From Candidatus Poribacteria bacterium (GTDB lineage: Bacteria > Poribacteria > WGA-4E > WGA-3G), in NCBI GenBank assembly GCA_022824265.1, contig JAJEAG010000051.1, forward strand, positions 12,818 through 76,817: a DNA stretch of 64,000 nt. The letters are read 5' to 3'. Below the pieces are notes generated by a model. The model saw nothing but the letters and a program-made list of their open reading frames with translations, was not told the DNA's origin and searched no databases. Shown here in pieces: positions 39,101-46,741 of the stretch. The position numbers and the translations under genes were made by a program. The first letter of the stretch is position 1. Each line of letters starts with the position of its first letter.

Positions 39101-42100
39101 CTTAATCGTAACTTGATTAATGATTTATCACCTCTCATGGGATTAACACAACTTCAAGATTTACGCGTTGCTAATAACCTGATTTCTGATTTTTCTCCAC
39201 TTGCTAAACTCACTACATTGAAAAAGTTAACGATTTCAGGCAGCTCGTTTTCTGACTTATCCATACTAACGGGATTAATTAACCTTGAAGGGTTATGGAT
39301 ATCCCACAGTTCGCTAACCGACCTGTCACCGCTTGTGGAATTAATGAACCTGGAGGGTATGTCCGTTTGGGATTCACCTGTAGCAGATCTATCCCCATTG
39401 GTAGGACTACCAAAACTGAAATGGTTGGATTTTGGTCGCACTCCGATATCAGGTCTTTCACCATTAGCGAATATAGTAACCTTGCGAAAACTGACATTTT
39501 ACGACTGTGGAATAGAAGATCTTTCAGTTCTTAAAGGTTTAACAGAGTTGGTACATATTAAAATGCCACACAACGCGATTTCGGATGTTTCACCGTTAGC
39601 GGGGTTAATACATCTAACGTATTTGGAGTTAGGTGACAATGCAATATCGGATATATCTGCATTGGAACAATTAACCAATTTAGAAACTCTATGGATCAAT
39701 AATAACAACATATCAGACGTATCACCTTTGTCAGAATTGACTAACTTACAAGAACTAAAACTTCGTAATAACCCGATAACAGATTTTTCACCTTTAGTTA
39801 ATCTCTTTGACAATACATATATACTGTATGATCTTATTATTCCAGATGTGAACCTACGTGCAGCGATTGCAGAAGCACTCGGAAAAGAAGATGCTACTGC
39901 CTCAATTACATTTGTAGAAATGGCATCTTTGACAACCTTATCAGCGAGCAATAAGGATATTAAAGATTTAACAGGTATTGAACACGCGATAAATCTGGAA
40001 GAGATATGGGTCGGAAAAAACCCGTTGTTTGATCTTTCACCACTCGCAGGATTGACAAACCTTGTCGGTATAAGTGCTTGGGAAACCCCTATATCCGATT
40101 TGTCGTCCTTGAAAGATTTAACGAAATTGAGATGGTTAGATTTTGGTCGTACCGATGTACATGACTTGTCTTCTTTGAAAGATTTAACGAACTTGAAAAA
40201 ACTGAAGTTCTATGGTTGTGGTGTCATAGAAGATCTTTCACCACTGGAAGGCTTAACAGCGTTGACAGAAATGAACTTTGGAGGCAATCCTATATCCGAC
40301 TTATCTCCGCTGGCAGTGTTAGTCAACTTGGAACATTTAGATTTTCACGGGGATAACATTGCTGACCTCTCACCCTTGGCTGGGTTGAACAAACTGAGAC
40401 ATCTTGATCTTCGTGCTAATTCATTATCTGATGTATCAGCTTTGGCTGGATTAACCAGTTTAACAAACCTTTTACTTGGCGATAACAAAATCTCTGACGT
40501 ATCACCCTTAGCAGGATTATTCAACTTAGAGTATCTATTCCTTAGAGAGAATTTAATAACCGACATCTCTCCATTGAATAATTTGCACAAAGATATATAT
40601 ATTGATTGGCTAAGAAACCCTGGTGCCCCCAAAGAGGGACCGAAATTAGAAGGTCCTTGGTTATGTGTATTGATTCCAGGAAAACGACTCGATAGCGACA
40701 CTGATTTATTAGCAGATACGAGTGATGGGTCCGTAACAGAACATCAGATTGCGACAAAAGGCGCACTGGAAGGAAAAGCTGTAGGAGATAAAAAGTGGAC
40801 ATCACATAGAATATCTCCCACTGGTAGAAATAATTTTAAAGATGTCTTGAGAACTTTCGATGTCCCTCCAGATCAGGATACAAGCGATAATGTTGTTTAT
40901 GCTTGCATAATAATAGGTTCACAGCAAGAACAGAACACAAAATTGCTATTGGGCAGTGAAGGACATCACAAGATTTGGTTAAATGGTGATTTGATACATC
41001 AGGATGTTGGTCTCGATGCCCATGATTCGCGTGATTATGGTATGTTCCTCCCTGTTACCTTGAAACAAGGCGCGAATATTTTATTAGTTGCAATTGATAG
41101 TGGACATTGGATTACAGGACATTTCGGTTTTGAAGAAGGGACTGAGTACACGGTGGTTCCACCTGGTGTTGGTTTCTCATTCACTGCAACAGAGATCTCC
41201 CTCCTTGCAGGTGATACGTTCACACTTAACCTTAACGCTGAAAACATCACTGATTTGGCAGGATGGCAAACAGATATTGCGTTTGACCCGAATGTGCTTG
41301 AAGCAGTTGAAGTCACCGAAGGCGATTTTCTGAAGTCAGAAGGTGGAGATACCTTCTTCCAAGGCGGGACGATTGATAACGCTACAGGGAATATTTCAAC
41401 TATATTTTCGACACGGATATCTGAAAATGGTAGTAGCGGTACAGGTGCATTGCTGTCGGTAATATTCAAGGCAAAAGCAGCAGGTGAAACTCAGGTGACA
41501 TTAGAAAACTTTGAGTTTGTCTCTATCACCGATGACATTATTCCTACTGTCCATCCTAATATTACTATCACTGTGGGAGAATATCCTGCATGGGATGTGA
41601 ATCAGGATGGACGCGTGAGTATTCTGGATCTTATTCTCGTAGCAAGGGATTTCGGATCAGGTGCAACTGCTAACTTACGCACAGATGTAAATCGAGATGG
41701 CGTAATCAATATCCAAGACCTTATCATTGTCGCACAACACATGGGTGAAACGACAGATTCCGCAGCACCTAATGTATATGTAATGGATAGCAAAGAACTA
41801 ACCCCAGCAATAGTACAAGAATGGATTCAACTGGCACAAATAGAAGATGACGGATCGCTCGCTTTCCAACAAGGCATAGAGAACCTTCAACGTCTATTAG
41901 CATCACTGCTTCCTGAAAAGACTGCACTTCTCGCAAACTATCCGAATCCCTTCAATCCTGAGACATGGATACCGTACCAACTCGCGAAACCTGCAGAGGT
42001 TACTTTGACGATTTATACTATAAACGGATCGGTTATTCGGATATTGGCGTTAGGACATCAGGGTGCTGGAATCTATCAGAGTCGTAGTCGTGCTGCGTAT

Positions 42101-42208
42101 TGGGATGGCAGGAATGAGGTTGGAGAATTCGTAGCAAGTGGAGTGTATTTCTATACACTCACTGCAGGTGATTTTATAGCAACCCGACGGATGTTAATTC
42201 TGAAGTAA
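36161..42208 (+). CDS. Giant secreted multidomain protein (2015 aa). Domains: signal peptide; planctomycete-type cytochrome c (PSCyt1-like) heme module with 2 CxxCH; three duplicated blocks of internalin-like leucine-rich repeats; a beta-sandwich region; cohesin-like domain; dockerin; T9SS-type C-terminal sorting domain.
   Basis: Heme module: SCLICHGENG ... VVPSDPDGSVFYQRLIE ... MPLGQPALDPAAIETIRQWIAAGAP, and a second CIGCH. LRRs: about 45 repeats of 22 aa (LTNLxxLxLxxNxISDISPLAxL), each block opening with NLRAAIxxALGK. Cohesin-like: GDTFTLNLNAENITDLAGWQTDIAFDPNVLEAVEV...ALLSVIFKAKAAGETQVTL. Dockerin: DVNQDGRVSILDLILVAR ... DVNRDGVINIQDLIIVAQH. C-terminal: ANYPNPFNPETWIPYQL...VTLTIYTINGSVIR...WDGRNEVGEFVASGVYFYTL...RRMLILK. 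Confidence 0.85.
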   Translation: MRILCNYIIISCLLIFISVGIVDAQQNLAQQAYAIMEQSCLICHGENGSYTEALIIEYTALIDDGKVVPSDPDGSVFYQRLIETNIAKRMPLGQPALDPAAIETIRQWIAAGAPDWDAVSRPETNFITTDTMFETIENHVNSLAPRDKLFARYFSLTHLYNAGETTEALQAYRRALSKLINSLSWGREVVKPIPIDTEETIYYIDLRDYEWDVRNDAWTQVEQAYPYKMMYDAPTQIHLREKLTTLQQEMNCEVPFVHVDWFIANASLPPLYHDILQLPLTDRELEEKLGISVKENIQNAPRKRVWRAGFSDSGVSNHNRVVERHNFQHGAYWKSYDFAGSADSQNIFTHPLNFTHDGGEIIFNLPNGLQAYLLVDSNGNRLDVAPTDIVSNPAASDPAVRNGLSCIGCHTEGMKTFEDEVRAVVEQANNPLFNKARALELYVEQEIMDEFVEEDTLRYRNALEKAGGIFGGIEPIQRFHEVFQGALDAAHAAAAVGLETDTFLERISKSPTLQNLLGALVLDNGAIKRDAWTSAFHDVISALNSPDTVLPPIEQPERIPGASVNIPDLNLRAVIEEALGKAMGEVITVEDMESLTRFVGNDKGIQDLTGVEFAKNLTYFEIRRNMVNDLTPIASLTNLSGLRVQGNNISDISPIIDLKRIGTLEIYDNQISDISPIGELTNLFWLSMTNNPINDISPLANLKKLNGIRLNFEDSTDFSPIAELTNLERFFLWGAGKPIPDLTPLANLQKLKILDLRGEGVPDLSPIAQLDNLGRFEFWGSGENLPDLLPLAESNNLKELWVINCGITDLTFIENFTSLERLNLERNNITDVSPLAKLTNLKWLKLTNNPISDFSPLAEFAQTTNVLTGDVAINDPNLRAAIAVALGKGYSRIVSITLEELATLTHLDAKNDNESQNENISNLTGLEFAINLSYLNIAGNSVSDLTPIEGLTELSFLDAQDNLISDTIPLKGLTNLRGLILNRNLINDLSPLMGLTQLQDLRVANNLISDFSPLAKLTTLKKLTISGSSFSDLSILTGLINLEGLWISHSSLTDLSPLVELMNLEGMSVWDSPVADLSPLVGLPKLKWLDFGRTPISGLSPLANIVTLRKLTFYDCGIEDLSVLKGLTELVHIKMPHNAISDVSPLAGLIHLTYLELGDNAISDISALEQLTNLETLWINNNNISDVSPLSELTNLQELKLRNNPITDFSPLVNLFDNTYILYDLIIPDVNLRAAIAEALGKEDATASITFVEMASLTTLSASNKDIKDLTGIEHAINLEEIWVGKNPLFDLSPLAGLTNLVGISAWETPISDLSSLKDLTKLRWLDFGRTDVHDLSSLKDLTNLKKLKFYGCGVIEDLSPLEGLTALTEMNFGGNPISDLSPLAVLVNLEHLDFHGDNIADLSPLAGLNKLRHLDLRANSLSDVSALAGLTSLTNLLLGDNKISDVSPLAGLFNLEYLFLRENLITDISPLNNLHKDIYIDWLRNPGAPKEGPKLEGPWLCVLIPGKRLDSDTDLLADTSDGSVTEHQIATKGALEGKAVGDKKWTSHRISPTGRNNFKDVLRTFDVPPDQDTSDNVVYACIIIGSQQEQNTKLLLGSEGHHKIWLNGDLIHQDVGLDAHDSRDYGMFLPVTLKQGANILLVAIDSGHWITGHFGFEEGTEYTVVPPGVGFSFTATEISLLAGDTFTLNLNAENITDLAGWQTDIAFDPNVLEAVEVTEGDFLKSEGGDTFFQGGTIDNATGNISTIFSTRISENGSSGTGALLSVIFKAKAAGETQVTLENFEFVSITDDIIPTVHPNITITVGEYPAWDVNQDGRVSILDLILVARDFGSGATANLRTDVNRDGVINIQDLIIVAQHMGETTDSAAPNVYVMDSKELTPAIVQEWIQLAQIEDDGSLAFQQGIENLQRLLASLLPEKTALLANYPNPFNPETWIPYQLAKPAEVTLTIYTINGSVIRILALGHQGAGIYQSRSRAAYWDGRNEVGEFVASGVYFYTLTAGDFIATRRMLILK

Positions 42209-42279
42209 TCTTACAGAAAACGCAACAGACGATAATCACATGTTAATGTCAAGAGTTGATGCAAGCAACTTGGGTGACA

Positions 42280-42765
42280 TCAAGAATCAGTAGAGGTTGT
42301 AGCTTCTAACTCCGCTTGACATTCAGCACAATGACCAATAATCTCGTTACGGAAGCGAACTGGTTTAAATTGGTGTGCTTCACAAACTGCTTTTTGCAGC
42401 GCATCAATCTGCGGTTCTTTGAATTCAACGATCTGACCACACCGAAGGCAAATAAGGTGAGCATGCTCTTTGAGTGAGTGAATACTCTCGTAACGAGTGT
42501 TTTTCTGTGCATCAATGAATTCTGTTAGCAACCCACTTTGGACAAGTAAAGGTAGCGTCCTATAGATGGTTGGACGGGAAACGTTGAATCCGTTTTGACG
42601 CATATGAACCAAAAGATCCTCTGTCTGAAAATGTCCTGGATATGCGAATACTTGGCTCAACACATCCATTCGCTTTTGAGTCAAACGAAGTCCTGAACTT
42701 TTCAGAAAATCTTCAAACTGTTGTGTAAAATCGTCAACTGTTGTATGTTCTTCATTGGTATCCAT
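42280..42765 (-). CDS. Fur-family metalloregulator (Fur/Zur/PerR)
   Basis: DNA-binding helix SRPTIYRTLPLLVQSGLL and C-terminal CxxC ... CxxC zinc site (ICLRCG ... HCAEC). Confidence 0.85.
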   Translation of the reverse strand: MDTNEEHTTVDDFTQQFEDFLKSSGLRLTQKRMDVLSQVFAYPGHFQTEDLLVHMRQNGFNVSRPTIYRTLPLLVQSGLLTEFIDAQKNTRYESIHSLKEHAHLICLRCGQIVEFKEPQIDALQKAVCEAHQFKPVRFRNEIIGHCAECQAELEATTSTDS

Positions 42766-42837
42766 TTTCTTACCTAATTGATGTATTTTATTGTTGGCGA
42801 CGATTCTTCCTGATGGAATAGAATTAATTTAAAGCTG

Positions 42838-43668
42838 TTATATTAGTTGTGTATTGGCAAAGGATAAAGTCTGTCCGGGTTCGACAAGATTATTCTTCTC
42901 AGCAAGTTTGTAAAAATATTTTAGTCCTTCAATAGATGATTCATCCAAATCGTAATGAATGTGGTGTTGCAAGTATCTTCTACAGAGGTCTTCGGTAAAA
43001 CCGTGCTTAGGTCCTTCAATTCGAGCAATCTCAGGTATTTGCTCAATCCCAAGTGTTTTTGCTTCTAACAACAGATTTGGCACATTCCCAAGTTTCACTT
43101 CTCCTCTGGTGACCCAACAAGCGTATACGAATGGTAAACCTGTTAGTTCATGCCATTCAGTACCAAGGTCAGTACAATATTTTGTAGCACCGAGATTTTT
43201 GAGTGCTGCATCCCCAATAAGTAACACTGCGTCAGTTTTTGCTGATGCTGGATCAATTGAAGGATCACAATTTATGAACGTTGGATACAGTTGATATTTT
43301 TCAGCGAGTATGATTTTTAGCAGGGTAACTGACGAACGCGAACTTGTGTCTAATGCAATTTGCTGAATTTCTTGAATAGGAACACGACTGAATAACTGGA
43401 TACTCAAGACGCTACCGTGTGATCCAATAGCCATGTTAGGAAGGATACGGTAGCCTGCTCCTTTAGCATTTGCTCGAAAGTATTCAATAATCGGGATTAA
43501 ACCAATATCCAATTCACCATCGCTTAATTGGGTTGCAAGACGACTTGGAACCTTGACACTGAGGGAAATCTCTTCTGTTTGAAGTTGTCCGTTCAAAAAG
43601 GGGTAAATAAGCGGCTTAGTATTTAAAAATGACACTGCACCTACTCTCAAGCAGCTTTTCTGATCCAC
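42838..43668 (-). CDS. Futalosine-pathway menaquinone biosynthesis protein, MqnA/MqnD family (probably chorismate dehydratase MqnA)
   Basis: N-terminal LRVGAVSFLNTKPL and periplasmic-binding-protein-like fold typical of the VitK2_biosynth family. Overlaps the upstream radical SAM gene by 22 nt. Confidence 0.7.
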   Translation of the reverse strand: MDQKSCLRVGAVSFLNTKPLIYPFLNGQLQTEEISLSVKVPSRLATQLSDGELDIGLIPIIEYFRANAKGAGYRILPNMAIGSHGSVLSIQLFSRVPIQEIQQIALDTSSRSSVTLLKIILAEKYQLYPTFINCDPSIDPASAKTDAVLLIGDAALKNLGATKYCTDLGTEWHELTGLPFVYACWVTRGEVKLGNVPNLLLEAKTLGIEQIPEIARIEGPKHGFTEDLCRRYLQHHIHYDLDESSIEGLKYFYKLAEKNNLVEPGQTLSFANTQLI

Positions 43669-44783
43669 CTTTTTCCCTCTCGGATGATTTCATTGTAAAG
43701 TGTATCGCGTTCTACTGGAATATAACCTGCCTCTTCAATGAGACGTGTGAGGGCATCAACTGAAACAGCCTCCGGTGTATCTGCACCTGCCATGTGTGTA
43801 ATCTTTTCCTCAGTCACAGTGCCATCTATGTCATCTGAACCGAAACTTAGAGCAATTTGTGCAGTTTTCAATCCTGTCATAATCCAATAAACTTTGATAT
43901 GCGGTATATTGTCCAGCATCAGACGTGATACAGCTATGTTACGTAAATCTGTTAAACCTGTCGTTGAAGGCAGATATGCCATACGCGTGTTAGCAGGATG
44001 AAATGCCAGCGGGATAAACGTTACAAAGCCACCCGATTTATCTTGTTGTTCTCGTAATCTGATGAGGTGGTCAACCCTATCCTCATTAGTTTCAAGGTGT
44101 CCATACAGCATCGTCGCGTTAGTCGGAATATTCAGTTTATGCGCAATACCATGAATTTCAAGCCAACCTTCAGCACTTAGTTTACCGGGACATATTTTTT
44201 CCCGTGTCTCTTCAGCAAATATCTCTGCACCACCACCGGGAAGTGAATCCAAACCTGCATCACGGAGTTGTGTCAACACCTCCTCTATGGACATTTTGAA
44301 TATACGTGAAAAATGATGAATTTCAACGGCAGTAAAGAATTTTAGGTGGACATCGGGCATCCGTTCTTTGAGTCCATGGATAATCTGTAGGTAATAATCA
44401 AATGGTAATTTTGGATGTAGACCACCAACGCTATGAATTTCGGTACAGCCATGTTCAATAGAATACATCGCTTTATCTAAGAATTCATCAACGCTCATCT
44501 CCCACGCGCCTTCTGTTTGCATGTTTTTTCGGGCAAAGGCACAAAAATGACATCTGGCATGAAGTATACATACATTTGAATAATCTATATGTTGATTAAT
44601 GTTGAAATACGCAACATTGCCATTCATGCGTTGGCGTACATAGTTTGCGATAAAACCGACCCCGGTAATATCCGAACTTTCGTAAAGCGTTACTCCCTCC
44701 TCAAAAGAGAGCCGCTCCTCTGCTTTAACTTTTTCATAGATAGCAGGTAACTTAGGATCGGTAAGTGGGTTATAGTTCTCCAT
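43647..44783 (-). CDS. Radical SAM enzyme of the MqnE/MqnC (CofH-like) family
   Basis: N-terminal architecture RLSFEEGVTL...NQHIDYSNVC....C..CAF and a TIM-barrel radical SAM core. The cysteine spacing reads CX5CX2C (CILHARCHFC). Confidence 0.75.
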   Translation of the reverse strand: MENYNPLTDPKLPAIYEKVKAEERLSFEEGVTLYESSDITGVGFIANYVRQRMNGNVAYFNINQHIDYSNVCILHARCHFCAFARKNMQTEGAWEMSVDEFLDKAMYSIEHGCTEIHSVGGLHPKLPFDYYLQIIHGLKERMPDVHLKFFTAVEIHHFSRIFKMSIEEVLTQLRDAGLDSLPGGGAEIFAEETREKICPGKLSAEGWLEIHGIAHKLNIPTNATMLYGHLETNEDRVDHLIRLREQQDKSGGFVTFIPLAFHPANTRMAYLPSTTGLTDLRNIAVSRLMLDNIPHIKVYWIMTGLKTAQIALSFGSDDIDGTVTEEKITHMAGADTPEAVSVDALTRLIEEAGYIPVERDTLYNEIIREGKRWIRKAA

Positions 44784-44909
44784 TATTTTTCCCTATTGTC
44801 TTTTAGGCATTCACAAAAACTGCTTGACAGTAATCTATTATTATAGGTATTATAGCATAATAACTTATTGAAATTCAAGAGATTCTTTTGAAAGGGAAAT
44901 AACTAAATT

Positions 44910-45710
44910 ATGTCAAAACTCGGACTAATTCATTACAACTATGCAGGTAAAACACTTGATGACTTTCTAAAATTCACAAGTGAAACTGGATTCGGATATG
45001 TTGAACTCTCAATCGGAACTGTTTGGAATTCGGATACTGCTGATCCCAATGAAAATGCAGAGAATGTAAGAAAACAGGTTGAATCTTACGGTTTGCAGGT
45101 TTCAGCACTCGGAGCAGGTAACGATTTTGTTGTATTAGAGGAAGATGCAATCCAAGCACAGGTTGAACGGATGGAACGTATTGCGGGAATTGCAAAACGT
45201 CTTGGCACATCAGTCCTTCGCACCGAAGGCGGATCAATGAAAAATTCCGTACCAGAAAGCCGTTGGGTTGAGGCAATGGCAGGATGTTTAACACGATGTC
45301 TTGAGTTTGCTGAACGGGATGATGTCTATCTTGCCGTGGATAACCACGGATTGGTTACCAATGATGGGGATCTGCAAGTAGAACTGTTTGAACGTGTGGG
45401 TTCAAAACATGTCGGTGCTAATATGGATACCATGAATTATCGTTGGGCAGGTCATGATTTAGAGACAGTTGGTAGATATTATGAGATAATTGCCCCTTGG
45501 ACATTACATACGCATCTGAAAGACGGAACAGGTTCTCGCGGAAATTATCGCGGTGAAGCACTCGGTGAAGGTGAAATTGATCTCGCGAAGGCGATACAAT
45601 GTTTGCGAGATGCAGGTTATGATGGCGTTTGGTGTTGTGAGTATGAAGGCAGAGAAAATGACGGTACTGGTCAACGAAAAAGCTTCGCTTGGATGCAAGA
45701 CAATATATAG
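44910..45710 (+). CDS. Sugar phosphate isomerase/epimerase (xylose-isomerase-like TIM barrel)
   Basis: Motifs GFGYVELS..., VDNHG, HTHLKD and CEYEG, typical of AP-endonuclease family 2 / XylA-like TIM barrels. Confidence 0.7.
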   Translation: MSKLGLIHYNYAGKTLDDFLKFTSETGFGYVELSIGTVWNSDTADPNENAENVRKQVESYGLQVSALGAGNDFVVLEEDAIQAQVERMERIAGIAKRLGTSVLRTEGGSMKNSVPESRWVEAMAGCLTRCLEFAERDDVYLAVDNHGLVTNDGDLQVELFERVGSKHVGANMDTMNYRWAGHDLETVGRYYEIIAPWTLHTHLKDGTGSRGNYRGEALGEGEIDLAKAIQCLRDAGYDGVWCCEYEGRENDGTGQRKSFAWMQDNI

Positions 45711-45744
45711 TCTACTGCAATACAGTATTATAATTACTAATATC

Positions 45745-45773
45745 GGCGCGCTATTTAAGCGCGCTGTTTCATT
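45745..45773 (+). terminator. Terminator-like hairpin GGCGCGCTatttaAGCGCGC plus T-rich tail (member of the GCGCGC hairpin repeat family)
   Basis: 7-8 bp GC stem followed by TGTTTCATT, 35 nt after the stop at 45710. Confidence 0.45.
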
Positions 45774-45817
45774 CCTAACATCAGGTCGCTAAACGTCTAT
45801 CTACGAACATTTGTATA

Positions 45818-46687
45818 ATGGAAAATACCCCTCACATTATCACCTTAACCACTGATTTCGGGACAAGCGATGTATATGTCGGTGTGATGAAAGGTGTGAT
45901 CCTAAACATAAATCCCAATGTCAAAGTCGTTGATATTACACATGATGTTGCCCAGCAAAATATCCACGAAGCTGCTTTTACTATCAACGCAGCATACCGT
46001 TACTTTCCAAAAGGAACTATTCATGTTATCGTCGTTGACCCGGGTGTTGGTAGTAATCGGCAAGCGATAGTTTGTGAAACTGAAAACGCGTTCTTTGTCT
46101 GTCCAAACAATGGTGTTTTGACCTATCTACTACAGAATATCGAAACCGATGTAAACTATCATAAACCCAATGCCGTGATCATTGAAAATCCTGCCTATCA
46201 TTTGCCACAAGTAAGTAATACTTTTCACGGTAGGGATATATTTGCACCTGTAGCTGCGCACTTGTCACTTGGAGTGCCGACTGCACAAATTGGATCTCCA
46301 ATCCAGAATATTGAACAACTTCCAATTCCTACGGTTCAATATCTAAATGATACATTGACAGGTGAAATAATCAAAATAGACAGTTTCGGTAATTTGACAA
46401 CAAATATATCTGAAGATGTCCTTTCCTCATTCTTGTTTTCTTCTCCACATAATAAAACTATGGTAGGTGCACTTACCAAGCATGCAGACAATCTCAAATT
46501 TGAAATCAGAATTGATAACACGTGTCTTAAGAAGCTGAACAGTTCTTATGCCGAATCTGTGGTCGGGGAAGTACTTGCAATAATCAATAGTTTTGGATTG
46601 TTAGAAATTGCCATTAACACAGGAAATGCCGAAGCATCTTTAGGAGTAAAAATAGGGAATAATGTTGTCATACATAGGTCAAGTTGA
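45818..46687 (+). CDS. SAM hydroxide adenosyltransferase / SAM hydrolase family protein (DUF62)
   Basis: ITLTTDFGTSDVYVGVMKGVI N-terminal signature; about 290 aa. Confidence 0.8.
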   Translation: MENTPHIITLTTDFGTSDVYVGVMKGVILNINPNVKVVDITHDVAQQNIHEAAFTINAAYRYFPKGTIHVIVVDPGVGSNRQAIVCETENAFFVCPNNGVLTYLLQNIETDVNYHKPNAVIIENPAYHLPQVSNTFHGRDIFAPVAAHLSLGVPTAQIGSPIQNIEQLPIPTVQYLNDTLTGEIIKIDSFGNLTTNISEDVLSSFLFSSPHNKTMVGALTKHADNLKFEIRIDNTCLKKLNSSYAESVVGEVLAIINSFGLLEIAINTGNAEASLGVKIGNNVVIHRSS

Positions 46688-46741
46688 CATCACAGACTCT
46701 GCAGAGTATAATTAAAATAGAACAAACTAAGGAGAACGGAA

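Noticed and set aside
37165-41469. Many 80-200 aa minus-strand and alternative-frame ORFs inside the giant gene (e.g. 38167..38790, 39499..39951, 40345..40701, 41035..41469)
   Set aside because: These are shadow ORFs produced by the low-complexity 66-nt LRR periodicity. They overlap a continuous 2015-aa ORF that has coherent domain structure.
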